Shown piece by piece: positions 42,042 to 54,999 of a stretch of 64,000 nt of DNA. The DNA comes from Octopus sinensis (lineage: Eukaryota), in NCBI RefSeq assembly GCF_006345805.1, contig NC_043026.1, positions 2,542,001 through 2,606,000 of the forward strand, given 5' to 3'. The notes below the pieces were generated by a model that searched no databases, had not been told where the DNA came from, and was given only the letters and a program-made list of their open reading frames with translations. Both the position numbers and the translations under genes were made by a program. The stretch's first letter is position 1; the number at the start of each line of letters is the position of its first letter.

Positions 42042-43360
42042 CAGTTACGGTCAAAATGTTCAGAACGGCATTGTTTTCATCAGAAAAGTAAGTATAATTT
42101 CTTATCAAAGTTGTTTTATCTTCTATAATTTTCACAGACAATAAATACGACATTATTTGTTATTGTCTGCGATTTTGGTGTAATTTGAGAGGATAATACA
42201 AAAGTTATGGATGATTTAGTGATTTACTGCAAAACCCATGGCAGCCAAAATGATCAGAACGGTTGCTTTTACTCCGTGTTTTAGTATATTTAACCGGCGA
42301 ACTCAAATGTTTTGAATTTGTTTACGTGACGGTTCGTTTACTAAACATTAGTAAGAATATCTGCAGTGCACTTTAATATAATGCCACTTACTCCGTTACT
42401 AATTCGTCAGCAGATTATTAAGCTTCGAAAGAAGGATAATTTAAGTATTGGGTCTATTGCAAAGATTGTTAACAAGTCAAAAAATGTTGTTCATGGTATT
42501 CGTGTGAAGCAAGAAAGTCTACAGGTAGGCCAAGAAAAACGACCAAGAGAGAAGATCGTGCTATGGTAAAGTTGGTTAAAAAGGACAGATTTAAAACTGC
42601 TGCTGCTGTTTCTCGGAAAATGAGCATTGTATTGAAGAAAACTTTATCTCGAAAAACTGTGTCTCGTTGTTTAGTTGAACATGACCTACAAGCAAGAGCA
42701 CCTGCAGTGTAGCCACTGATCAGCTCCAAGAATAAAAAGTGTTGCCTTACCTTTGCAACCGAACATGTGTTGTGGTTTCAAGAAAAATGGCAAACGGTGC
42801 ATTTCAGTGATGAATCTAAGTTTATGTAATTTGGCTCAGATGGGAAAAGGTACGTTCGTAGAAAAGTAGGTGAAAAATTGTCGCCTAAATGCCTTAAGAC
42901 TAGTGTTAAATTTGGTGGAGGAAGTGTCATGGTTTGGGGGATGATATCTGGAGATGTTGTGGGCCCTTTGGTGCGATTACATGGAAAGGTAAACGCAGGA
43001 GTTTATAAACAACTTGTAAAAGATCATGTCTTGCCTGTGCTAAGAAATTCAACTAAGCGACCACCCATATTCATGCAGGACAATGCCCCATGTCACAAGG
43101 CTAAGGTGGTCATGAACTTCCTCAAGGCTGAAAAAGTTATTGCTATGGATTGGTCTGCTCAAAGCCCAGATCTCAATTCTATTAAAAATGTGTGGAATAT
43201 TCTAGGAGAACGTTCGAATGCCAGAAATCCTACAATAACCGAGCAATTATGGAATGCCCTTCGGGAAGAATGGAATAAGATCACACAGCAAGAAATTGAA
43301 AATTTAATTTCCCCATGCAGTCGAAGATGTCAGAGTGTGATTGAAGCTAAATATTAAATA
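42042..43360 (+). mobile_element. Tc1-family transposon, disrupted, right end missing
   Basis: TA|CAGTTACGGTCAAAATG left end; FSDESKF, KFGGGSVMVWG, FMQDNAPCH, SPDLNSIKNVW (third catalytic E appears as K); stops and a frameshift. Confidence 0.9.
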
Positions 43361-43389
43361 CTTCCAGTATTCTCTGTCATTTTTAATTA

Positions 43390-43800
43390 TTTTGTTCTTT
43401 TTTCAACCGTTATCACTTATAGATAGGCATTTTCCAATCAATCATAATTACAGAAAGCTCTTTAATAGGCATAACTTAAAAATTAGTTTTAGCTCAATTA
43501 CTAATTTTAAAAATATAATTGCACACAACACATAAAAACAACAATGACCACCAGCTGTTCATGCAGGGATAAAAATTTGTGCCCGCGAAAATGGAGCCTG
43601 CATGTCCGAGACCATCATTTATGAAGCCACTGTAGTCTCTACAACCACTAAGGACATTGTTTCATCAAATAAATATGTGGGTCTCACAGAGGGGAATTTC
43701 AAAGCCAGGTTCAACAATCACACCTTCAGTTTCAGACACTGGGAAAAAAGAAAAACAACCAAATTATCCAGTAAGGTGTCAACGATAACATCCATTGGAA
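43390..43800 (+). mobile_element. Penelope-like element fragment (linker plus GIY-YIG)
   Basis: IDRHFPINHNYRKLFNRHNLKISFS, CSCRDKNLCP, IIYEATV...KYVGLTEGNFKARFNNH. Confidence 0.85.
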
Positions 43801-44057
43801 GATCTCAGTTATGTATTATGTTAGTTATACTTTACCTAGTTGATTCGTTTAATATTGTAGCTAGACCTTGTTTAGTTGATATATGTAGTTTGCAACGAGA
43901 CCTTGCCTTATGTGTAAATTGATATGGAAGGTAAACAGTGACATTGTGTACATATGTACCATGAAGTACATAATCCGTAAGTCTTAGTATGGCATTACAT
44001 CTACGGTAATTTTTATAATGTAGTATGGTAGCTAGAGCCTGTAAAGCTATGTATTAT

Positions 44058-44091
<34 letters not shown>

Positions 44092-45039
44092 ACACACATA
44101 AATACAAATACACACACACACATATATGTATATGTATATATATATAGTTATGTATGTATGTATATTATATGAGTTAAGTACCTATATATATATATATGTG
44201 TGTGTGTGTATAAGCGACAGAGGCAGTATTTGTACTGAGAAATAATATTTATTTCTGCTTAGATATTGACGTTCTGTTAGAACAAACTATACTGCGGCAG
44301 ATAACGTGAGAGAAACGCTCAAGCTGGAGTTTGGTGCAAAATGCACTCTTGTTCATATCGAGTTGCTAGTAACGAAATAGGTTCCCTATTAGCTACTAAT
44401 TTCCAGACATTCCTATGCACTGTTAACTCCATGCTAATATTTAGCGTGGAGGAAAGAGGTCTGATGTAGCTTAATAAAGCCATCAGTTGTTATCTGTTTT
44501 GCACCTCCATTTCTCCTTTAGTTTATACTTACAGAAATAATACTGATTCGATCTTCAGTACATGCCGCAAAGTGAAATAAAATAACGGTTTCAAACTTTG
44601 GCAAAAGGTTAGTAAGTTCGTGAGGAGGGGTTAAGTCGAAGGCAAAGTGTACCTCAGTGGAATTTGAACTCAGACTGTAAAGACGGACGAAGTACGGTTA
44701 AGCATTTTGTCCGGTGTGCTAACGATTCTGCCAGCTCGCCGCCTTGGAGTGAAATCAAATAATTGCAAAATTATTTAAGCTAATGTCTATAAATACATGT
44801 GAGAAACATTCATATGACGTGTGTTAAAAAGATAATATGTTATGATAGCAAATGATAAGCAAACAGCTATGCGCAAATCTAATCTTTATAACTTTTATAT
44901 CGACTGAAATACATCTTGAACAATGAATATACTTTCACATTCCGAATTATATTTTCTGACGAAACCAATCTTTGGATGAAACCAAAGATATTACTTTAAC
45001 ACTGCCATTGCAAACTTAAACAGATTTGACATTTCTTTT

Positions 45040-45588
45040 TCAACAGTGGAGCCGCCAATTCTTCAAACACTCCAAGTCTTCTATCTCTTTATTCAGTTCG
45101 GTGTCATCCATTATCTTCAAATCTTCCAGTTCTTTCAGCTCAGGTATCTCCAGATCATCCAGGTCTTTCAACTCATTTATCTCCAGATCATCCAGATCTT
45201 TCAACTCATTTATCTCCAGATCTTCCAGCTCCTTTAGCTCCGGTATTTCGAGATCTAGTTCCTTCATCTCACTTGCCTCTAAATCTTCCTTCAGTTCCTT
45301 CAGCTCAGGTATCTCCATTTCTTCCAGTTCTTCCAGTTCTTCTAGATCATCCAATTCAGCTATCGCCAGATCTTCAGGTTCTTTCAGCTCCAGAGTTTCC
45401 AGTTCCTTTAGCTCGGGTATTTCCAACTCTTCTAACTTGCTCATACCTGCCTTTAGATCTTTATTCATCTGTTTTTCCAGTTCCTTCAGTTCCTTCAACT
45501 CCTGTGATATCTGCTTTTCCTCCCTTTTTAATTCATCTATCACCTGCACCATAGTTTCGTCCTTCCCTAATTCATCTTCATGACTCAT
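45040..45588 (-). CDS. Orphan acidic protein or exon with 11-aa repeats (DLEIPELKELE-like), 182 aa from first ATG
   Basis: Uninterrupted ORF with 33-bp degenerate repeats (45148, 45181, 45214), very E/D/L/K-rich; no homology recognised. Confidence 0.5.
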   Translation of the reverse strand: MSHEDELGKDETMVQVIDELKREEKQISQELKELKELEKQMNKDLKAGMSKLEELEIPELKELETLELKEPEDLAIAELDDLEELEELEEMEIPELKELKEDLEASEMKELDLEIPELKELEDLEINELKDLDDLEINELKDLDDLEIPELKELEDLKIMDDTELNKEIEDLECLKNWRLHC

Positions 45589-46300
45589 ATTCACCACCTC
45601 TGCGAAAAGTTCGTTCAAAGTGAATTGCTTGGGTAGCTTATCAAGGGATATTTCTTACAAGGAAAACGTTGAAGCGGTGCTTCATCTGTGAAATTGGAAT
45701 GAAGTCTGACAGAGTTTACTCTGTGAAGAACTTGGTTAAAGAAAGTGTTGCCGGGGAAATGAAGCAGGTCACACGTTCTCTCAGAACGTCACACGTTCTC
45801 TCAGTACCTGTTGACAACAATGAAGACATCAATTTATTCGCTTAAAAACCCTAAAATACAAGAATTAATGGAATCAAATAAATAAATAATGAAAAACAAA
45901 GAAAAAAAGAAAAGAAAAAATTGGAATTCTGGTTTATGACCCCACATAAGCCGCCATAATGTTTTTATTTTTAGGAATTTTCAGAAAGTTTTTGCTAATT
46001 TGTGTTCTACACCTGGGAATTGATACAACTATGAAAAAAACAATAGAAAAAAATAGTGTGTGATTTAAGGGCGGTTTAGCTGTTGGTTTTAGCACATTCC
46101 ATGTTCTCTTTTCTTTGTCACTCTGACACGTAACGATGACTTTCAATGTTTTCCTCCCCAGGAATACATTTGATGGAATGAGGGTGCACCCCAAGAGGGG
46201 TCCATTGCTGGGATTTAAGCAAAAAATTCGGACTGGCCATATTTTAAATCGTGATCAAAAAATAATTGAAAAGGAGTGGAACTTTTAGGATTTACGATGA

Positions 46301-46348
<48 letters not shown>

Positions 46349-46461
46349 GGGTGGATTTTAAGTTGTTGTTTTTTTTCATAATCGTAGAACACAAATTCGG
46401 AAACGTTTCCTGAAAATTCCTAAAAATGGAGAAAAAAAATATGAGGGGTGTATACAATGAG

Positions 46462-46762
46462 GAGGATTCCTGCTGATCCGATCAACGGAACAGCCTACTC
46501 GTGGAATTAGCGTGCAAAAGAGGCTGAGCATTCTACAGACGTGTGTTTCCCTTAACGTAGTTCTCAGAGAAATTCAGCGTGGCACAGAGTGTGACAAGGC
46601 TGACCCTTTGAAATAAAGGTACAACTCATTTTTGCTAGCTGGGTGGACTGGAGCAACGTGAAATAAAGTGTCTTGCTCAAATGACACAACGCGTCGCCGG
46701 GAATTGAGCTCATGACCTTATGGTCGTGAGCCGAATATCTTAACCACTAGGCCATGCGCCTT
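46462..46762 (-). mobile_element. tRNA-derived SINE (second family)
   Basis: Minus strand begins GGCGCATGGCCTAGTGGTTAAG... with B-box-like AGCTCAATTCC. Confidence 0.7.
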
Positions 46763-47237
46763 CACTCGACGGGTTGTATGGAGGGCTTCAACCAGAAAAA
46801 CAACGACTGACTGATAAGTTTGCGCTTAATTACTTCTTCTTTCTACTCTTTGCCCCAAAGCGTGAAATTTTCTGGGAGGAGGTTATTCGCTGACATCGAC
46901 TTATTTTATCGATTTCGAAAGAACGAAATGCAAATTCGATCTCGGCAGATATTTTGATACAGAACATAAAGCTGGTAAAGGGTCAGTGATGTCAACGGCT
47001 GAAGGGTTCTACCGGAAGAGCAGAAGTGAGGAAGGTCACGTGGGATGGACAGAAGTAGGACCAACGTAGGGCCCTTTTCCTCGGTGGCTGCGGATGCCGA
47101 CGGGCGCGCGTGAACCTACGAGCTAGAGGGATCTTGGCCGTTAGGTTTTGGCCAGAGGTTCGCTGGGTAGATCGCCTTTCGGATGTAATCCAGCTGCAAA
47201 GTCGACACTGCGCCTCATACTTCTGGAAGAAATCACG

Positions 47238-47525
47238 TGGAGGCATATGGCCTAATGGTTAGAGCAGCGGACTCGCGGTCGGGGTTCGAATCTCAGTCTG
47301 GGTGATGTGTGTTTTTATGAGCGAAAACACCTAGGCTCCACGCGGCTCCGGCAGAAGGTAATGGCGAACTTCTGCTGACTCTTTCGCCACGACTTTCTCT
47401 CACTCTTTCCTCCTGCATCTTGCAGCTCACCTGCGACGGACCGGTGTCCCGTCTAGGTGGGGAACCTATACGCCAAGGAAACCGGGAAACCGGCCCTTAT
47501 GAGCCAGGCATGGCTCGAGAAGGAG
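47238..47525 (+). mobile_element. tRNA-derived SINE (third family)
   Basis: TGGCCTAATGGTTAGAGCAGCGGACTCGCG...GGTTCGAATCT head followed by a non-tRNA body. Confidence 0.7.
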
Positions 47526-49229
47526 CAAAGAAGAAGAAGTAGTCACGCTGAGCACTATTGTCCGGCGTGCCGACGGTTCTGCCTGGTCGCCGCTTTTACT
47601 TATTTAATTAAAGTGAAAAGAAATAGATTGATTAAAAACAAAAAAAGCAAAAGCCCAGACAGGTAATTAAACAATTAATCAAACAGGTAAACTTACAAAC
47701 GAAAGGAAAATAGAAAGAGAAAGAAAGAATTGATTGATAATGATATCAGTAAATTAAATAGAAATAATTCTAATTTGTTGTTTGATTAATTAGAAATCAA
47801 TCAACCAAATATTTAAATGCAGAGAAAGGAAGGTAGGGAGAGAGAGAGAGAGAGAGAGAAGCAAAGGAGACATTGTATAAAGGCAGTGAATTCAATTGTA
47901 ATAAAATGAATGATAAATGTTATATTTGAATCAGTCGGTTATTAATGACCAAATGAAGCAGGCAAAAATACAAAGAGAAGTAGTGTTAAAGACGGAAATA
48001 GAGAAAGGAAAGTCTTTAAGACGAAAGGAGAAAAGAAAGGAAAAGAGAGTTGGTTGATTAAGTTATCAGTTAAATTATGAAGATAAGACAGGGATTAATT
48101 CAAAGCCAATAAACCAATAAGAAATATAATAAATCAACCCGTGACTAACTTGAAGCACCAATTCTAAAGAAAGCCAAGTAGAAGTGAGAAAAACCTTCAG
48201 TTTGTTTCTTTAGGAATCCAACGTCATAATGTCTGCCGTCAACCTTCATGACGTAATTTCAAGAATTTTTTGACGAATCTAATCAACAGCCATTCAAGGT
48301 TATTAAAGAAATCTGGTTTGATGAGAATGCAATATACTGTGAACGTTTTGCGTTCAAATCCCGTTGAATTTATTCATTTTTACAATCAGTTCTTCAAGGG
48401 TTGAAAAACTGAAGTAGCAGTGGACTTGTTATAGTTCTTATCCTATTTGTGAACAATCGAGATTGTTTATGGAAGTCGATTACTTCGACCCTAGTAGCTG
48501 ACTGATTTTATCTGACTTTGAACTCAGAACGTAATGACGGCCGAAATGCCGCTAAACATTCTGCCAGTTCGCTGCCTGACTAGAATCTATAAATAATCCT
48601 TTCTACTTGAGGCACAAGGCCTGAAATTTTGGGGGAGGGGCCTAGTCGATTACATTGACCTCAGTGTTTCACTGGTACTTAATTTATCGACTCCGAAAGG
48701 AAGGAAAGGCGGAATTTGAACTCAGAACGCAAAGGACGAAATGCTAAGCATTTGGTGCAGCTTTTTCTACTTCTATAGCGATTACTCTATGGATGTGCCT
48801 TCACGTTCGATGAATGTTTCAATGTGGAACCAACGTGTGTCGCCCGGTCATCCTCCCTGGCAACGCCATCGCTGTCATTACCGCGGAGCGCAGCTTAGCA
48901 CATAATTTGTTCTGGGGGACGTAGACCATCACACCTCCCCCTACGACTTCCGCTGCTTTGCCCCCTTTTTCTTTTTCTTCTTCTTTTTTTCTTTTGTCTT
49001 CCCTTTTCTTTCCTTTCCTTTCTCATCTCTCTTCTTCCCTGAACGAATGCTTCAAATCTGCTTCAGAGAACAATATGCGATCGTTTGTCTGAGAAAGGGA
49101 AATTAGGCAGCGAGAGAAATAATAGCAGGGGAAGTTTCTTGCAATGTGGTACGGATCGCTTTGCAGATTCGAACTCGAGATATTCCCATACGTGTTTTTC
49201 TTTATAGCTTTTCCTTGAATATTAATTTG

Positions 49230-49657
49230 TACATTGAAACTCCGACGTCTGGCAGCTGACTTGGCAGACACCCATAAAATTATCAACCATCGTACCAACA
49301 ATAACTCTGAGCACCTTTTCAAACTCCACCCATCTAACACCCGTGGACATATTTACAAAGTCAGAAAACAGCACAGCTCCCATGACTTCAGGAAACATTT
49401 TTTCACGCTGAGAGTTGCTGAAGCATGGAACAAACTGCCGGCATCCGTTGTTAGTTATCGGAGAACTGCATCCTTCAAAACTTCCTGAGATTCGCCAACA
49501 CTACTCCTGATTTTTTCCCCTCCATACACACACAAGCATGTACCTGACTCATGCATTGTTCGCTTTCCAGACATTTCTACATTACTGCATATACTCTGAC
49601 AAGTTGTGGTGCACCTGAGCACTGTATACAATAATTTCATTATTATTATTATTATTA
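49230..49657 (+). mobile_element. CR1-like LINE 3' end with (ATT)n tail
   Basis: LRRLAADL...NTRGH...RKHFFTLRVAEAWNKLP; ends CATTATTATTATTATT. Confidence 0.85.
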
Positions 49658-51096
49658 AATCAAACTTTACTTGGATGTGTTCCGAAGAACATCGTCGGCT
49701 GAGTTAATCTCCCTGAAAAAAAAAATCATTACTATATACAACGTATAAGATATAGGACCTATCATTTCGATAAAGTTGATGATAGTGATGAGTAAGTCGG
49801 CAATAAAAGGGGAACCCAAGGCTTGGATTTAAATCTCGCAAAAACCTACCCAACAATCCACGCCTGGCGTATTTCGAAGAAGAACTGTGGAACATCGTTG
49901 GTAACATTAAATTACGCAGATTTCCTTTGAGATGGACATAAGCATTATAAGGAAACTACGCGTCCGAAAAATAGGGATAACGATACAAAAGCAATAATTA
50001 CTGTGGTGGTTTTCAACTTTCGCCATACCAGAGTTATTCGGAAGCTAAAATTCTTTGTTTGTCCATTTGTCCACTGTCGAAAGGACTCTACATAGAGTTT
50101 TGCATGAACGGACCTGATTGAAAATAACAGACGTGAAGAAGCAGAGACCAGAAGTCGAAGATGCAAAGATTGATTCTCAATTTCTCATCCCTGAACTCCC
50201 CCGGCTCTTCTAATCCCCCCTTGGGCTGGACAGTCACCTCAAGCACCGGCTCCATTCGCTGTCATCAGAACGAGGAGGCTGAAACACTCGCTACAAGTGT
50301 CTGCTGACGACCAGAGAGTCTATAACTAGGGCTTAGGACTACATTATGTATGTTCCGTTCCTCACGTTTTGTTTCTTTTTCCTTTTTTTTAACGGTAGTG
50401 TGGGATTTGAGGAAAATTCACCCGTTGTGGAACTGAGGGTCATTGCAAAAGTTATCCGCGCTTGAATTATTCAAGGGAGATAAATATGTTATCACCTTTG
50501 ATAAGCCTACAAAAATTGCCTCCCTTCCAACATTAAGTCTATACAATAACGATAAATACGTATTTCACGAGAAATGGCTGAAAATATGAACGATCTGTTA
50601 TTTCATATAGAATACACAGGCGCACGCACACACACAGACACACAGACACATACACGGACACACACACGCGCGCGCGCGCGCGCACACACAGACACGGGGG
50701 GACACACACACACACACACAGACAGACACACACACATTAGCTGACCCTTTGATATACGGAAATTGAAGTCACGACCGAATAATGAAACCAGTAAACCCTG
50801 ACCCCTTCACATGTTGTTGATAAACGTTTGTTACTACCAGAGAAAAAGCAGAGGCTGAAGATTTTCAGACAAAGAATATTCAAGTATAAATATAGAGATA
50901 TGATATATTAATAGGACAAACACACGCAGAGTACAAACGCTAAGCATTTTGTCTGGGAGGATTCGAACTCAGAATGTAAAGATGGACAAAATGACACTGA
51001 GCATTTTGCCTGGTATGCTAATGACTCAGCCAGGCCCACAGCCTTTTAGATATTAGAATAGCATATTTTCCAGTATGCAAGTCATTGTATGTAGTA

Positions 51097-51300
51097 CTAG
51101 CAGTATCGCCCAGCGTTGCTCGGGTTTGTAAGGGAAATAACTATATAAGCATTTTTAGAGAGTTACTTCCCTTATATAAACCGAGCAAAAAATGCATTAA
51201 AAATGCGAAAATATGATGGTAAATTTTTTTATCATCGTAGACACGTGCAAATACCCAGAAGGGCTCGATATGAATCACGACTATAAGATACCTGCTTTTG
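51097..51300 (-). mobile_element. Helitron 3' end remnant
   Basis: Minus strand CCCGAGCAACGCTGGGCGATACTGCTAG|T, same terminus type as 6160-6187. Confidence 0.7.
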
Positions 51301-51615
51301 GAATTTTTGGTCCTCCAAAGTCATCTTGGTGTGTAAGTTGACCGATCTTTTTCTGGCTTTTCAACTTGTATGCCAGAAAATATAGTATTCTACTTGAGAA
51401 ATTAATCAAAAAGACACAGCGGAGGGCCCCATGCTGAATTGAACATTTGCTAATGTTTTTATTGCTTCAAGGATTTACATAGCAAAACCTGTAACAACTG
51501 CATAAAGTGAAAGAAGCGTTTCAAAACTAAAATTGGTTAAAACATAGATATATGGTCACCAGTTTCACAAGAGAGAGAGTAAACACACGTACACACACAC
51601 ACGTACACACACACA

Positions 51616-51656
<41 letters not shown>

Positions 51657-52171
51657 TTTCAGCAAAAGTACCAGGTTTTAAGACCCAAAGTCCTGGAGTA
51701 GATTCATTTGACTAAAGATTCTCCAAGGCACTGCCCCAGCATGGTCGCAGTCTAATGACTGAAACAAGTAAAAGATATACAAAAAAGATACCCATATTCT
51801 TTCTGTCTTAGTTGTCATCTATAAACACACCCTGGCCCTTTTTCTTCTCAAGTGTTGTTTGCCTGGTGAGCCTGAATCTCATCGGTCATTCCATCTGGCC
51901 ACCTCCACCAAGCATTTTTCTGTGGCTAAATCAGGGAATCATTCTGAGGCAACTTCAGTCGTCTTCACACAAAACATTCTTCCTAAGCTTTCTATTTTAT
52001 TCATCCAATCATGTCACGTTTTCCCACATCACTTAGCTTTTAATCTTATTCATCCAGTCAGCATGTGACACTTTATTGACTCCGTCGGGTGACATTTTCT
52101 GTACATTCACTCATTTTATGAATCTCTTCTTTCCCACCACGGGGTTGCTTATTTTAGTTGTTTTATTCATT

Positions 52172-52380
52172 CATTGGAAGAGGACTGGCTGCAGTGTCTC
52201 ACTGCTGCAAAAGAAGGATGTCACAGGGAACATCTGCTTCAATCCAGTCAACTGACCGTTGCTGCGACATCTGTGGGTGCCAGTGTGCTTCCAGCTTTGG
52301 ACTGCACAGTCATATGTACTCTCATCACTAAGAACACAGACTTCTTTATCATTGGATGCTGATCGATTACCTATCATTCA
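52172..52380 (+). mobile_element. RTE LINE C-terminal zinc-finger remnant
   Basis: CDICGCQCASSFGLHSHM, matching the CxxC...GLxSH C-terminus seen in RTE elements. Confidence 0.55.
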
Positions 52381-52759
52381 TTTACATAATGGACAACTGG
52401 AATTGCAGTTTACTATTTCACGTTTCATCCTGGAATTATGGCAATTTTTTTCATTCGTTAATAAAATCATTATCTCAGCACAATGTCATCATTCAATGTC
52501 CATTGTCCATGCTGGCATGGGTTGGATGGTTTGACCAGAGCTGGGAAGCTGAGGAGCTGCACCAGACTCCAGCCTGGTTTGGCAAGGTTTCTACGGCTGG
52601 ATGCCCTTCCTAACATGCCAACCACATTACAGAGTGTGTGCTGGCTGCTTTTACATATTCATCCCTATGTTAAAACACATTCACTTTTACCTTTGCAATG
52701 ATGCGAGCAACTGATGGTAATTAGACCTGACCAAAAGGTCAATGGTATTTTCTTTCATT

Positions 52760-53170
52760 CCTTTACTTGTTTTGGTCATTTGACCGTGGCCATGCTGGAG
52801 CATCACCTTATGGGGGGTTTTAGTCGAACAAATTGACCCTGGGACTTATTCTTTGTAAGCCAAGTACTTATTCTATCAGTCTTTTTTGCCGAACTGCTAA
52901 GTTACAAGGACATAAACACACCAACATTGGTTGTCAAGCAGTGGTGGTGAGGTGGACAGACACAAACACACACACACACACACTCTCACACACACACACA
53001 CACACACTGGGCTTCTTTCAGTTTTCCATCTACCAAATCCACTCACAAGGCTTTGGTTGACCCAAGACTATAGTAGAAGACAGTTGCCCAAGGTGCCACA
53101 CAGTGGGACTGAACCTGGAACCATGTGGTTGGGAAGCAAGTGTCTTACCAAACAGCCATGCCTGCCCCTA
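52760..53170 (-). mobile_element. tRNA-derived SINE
   Basis: Reverse complement of the 10237 family. Confidence 0.8.
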
Positions 53171-53464
53171 TCTTTATATGTTACATGTTAAGTGTAGATT
53201 GGAAATATATGTAGTCTTCACTTGGCTTTTCTATTCTCTACACTCTTTGATCTCTATTTGCATAATTAGCACTTTTAATTGCTAATTTTCACCTTGTACT
53301 TTCTGTCACAATATGGGATGAAGTATATAACATACGACAATTGATAAACTTTGCTGATCGTGTATAATCCTCTTTTAGTCAGGTATACAAGTTGTGTACG
53401 TGTTTGATGCTTATCGACTTCCTGTGGCGAGTTCTTTTCAGATCACACTGTCTCTAATATATAG

Positions 53465-54000
53465 GTAGAGGCTGTGTGATAAGAAGCTTGCTTCCCAACC
53501 ACATGGTTCCGGGTGGCACCGTGGGCAAGTGCCTTCTATTATACCCTCAGACCAACCAAAGCCTTTGGGAGTGGATTTGGTAGGCGGAAACTGAAAGAAG
53601 CCCATCATATGGCGCAGGAGTGGCTGTGTGATAAGAAGCTTGCTAACCAACCACATGGTTCCCGGTGGCACCGTGGGCAAGTGTCTTCTATTATACCCTC
53701 AGACCAACCAAAGCCTCTGCGAGTGGATTTGGTAGGTGGAAACTGAGAGAAGCCCATCATATGTGTGTGTGTGTATATTTGTGTTTCTGTGTGTGTGTCT
53801 GTGTTTGTCCACCACCATTGCTTGACAAATGATGTTGGTGTGTTTGTCCCTGTAACTTAGTGGTTCAGCAAAAGAGACTGATAGAATAAGTACTAGGCTT
53901 AAAATGAATAAGTCCTGGGGTTGATTTCTTTGACTAAAACCCTTTAAGCAGTGCTCCATTATGGCCAGTCAAATGACTGGAGCAGGTAAAAGACTAAAAG
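53465..54000 (+). mobile_element. tRNA-derived SINE with tandemly duplicated 5' head
   Basis: Head repeated at ~53470 and ~53622, followed by one tail. Confidence 0.8.
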
Positions 54001-54999
54001 ACTATTAATGATTCGTTAAGCAGAATCATTAGCCGGGTGGGCAAAATGCTTGGCAGCATTTCACCTGCCTTCAGGTTCCAAGTTCAAATTCCACTGAGGC
54101 CAACTTTGCTTTTCATCCCTTCAGGGTTGATAAAATAAGGACCAGTTGAGCACTAGGGGTCGCTGTTATCATCTTACCTCTTCCCTTGAACTTACAAGCC
54201 TTGTGCCAGAATTTGAAACCAATATACATATATATACATATATAGACACATATGCATATATGTGTCAGTGGCGTATGGTGGTGGTGGTCATTGGGTGTGC
54301 TGCCACACTCACCATGCTGACATTAGTATTACTCAAATTAGGCAGACAAGCTGTGTATTTCTATTCAAAATGTGAACAGATGTTTAAAATCAACACTAAT
54401 TAAATTTTAATTAAAATACCTAAGCATAAAACTAGAAAGAATCACAAAATTCACTGAGCAAAATATTAATGCACCACCTTTCACATCGAATGACAAAACT
54501 GCTGACTTTACCCAAACTTGTAGTGTTTGGTGCACTAACAATGCCAGAATTAGACCCGACTTAAGTTTTGGTTCTGAATTCTAAAAGTGTATTATTTAGT
54601 TTTGAAAACAAATTAAGATCAAAGTTTTTATGATGATATTCTAAGAAAAAAATTATTGTAAAAAAAAATTAGTTTTAGTTCAGGAATTTTAAATTAATTT
54701 AAACATACAACTTCTCACCACGAAAACGAACCTGCAACTCTGCTGTCAAAGCACTCTTCACCGTTAATTTTTTGTAGTTTTCCCATTATCCTACGATACT
54801 CATGGTACCATCTTATGATACAATATGTTGTGGGGTGTGCTTTGTTATTTCAGGACACCTGCCATCAAATTTCAAGAATGGGTATAACAAAAGTTTCCCA
54901 TTATGATTTGTGATTAAATTAATTAGTAAGGTTAATATTTATAATGAATTTGCCCCTGATATATTAATAATGATATATATATATATATATATATGAAAG

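Noticed and set aside
45026-45583. Ser-rich plus-strand ORF
   Set aside because: Most likely the antisense shadow of the acidic minus-strand ORF; it has no ATG start
47238-47300. tRNA-like sequence (also at ~62130, ~62510, ~63485)
   Set aside because: No complete cloverleaf; most continue into SINE bodies
52174-52362. HREHL peptide as the missing PTER THEHL exon
   Set aside because: Surrounding residues do not match PTER, and another frame shows an RTE zinc-finger remnant
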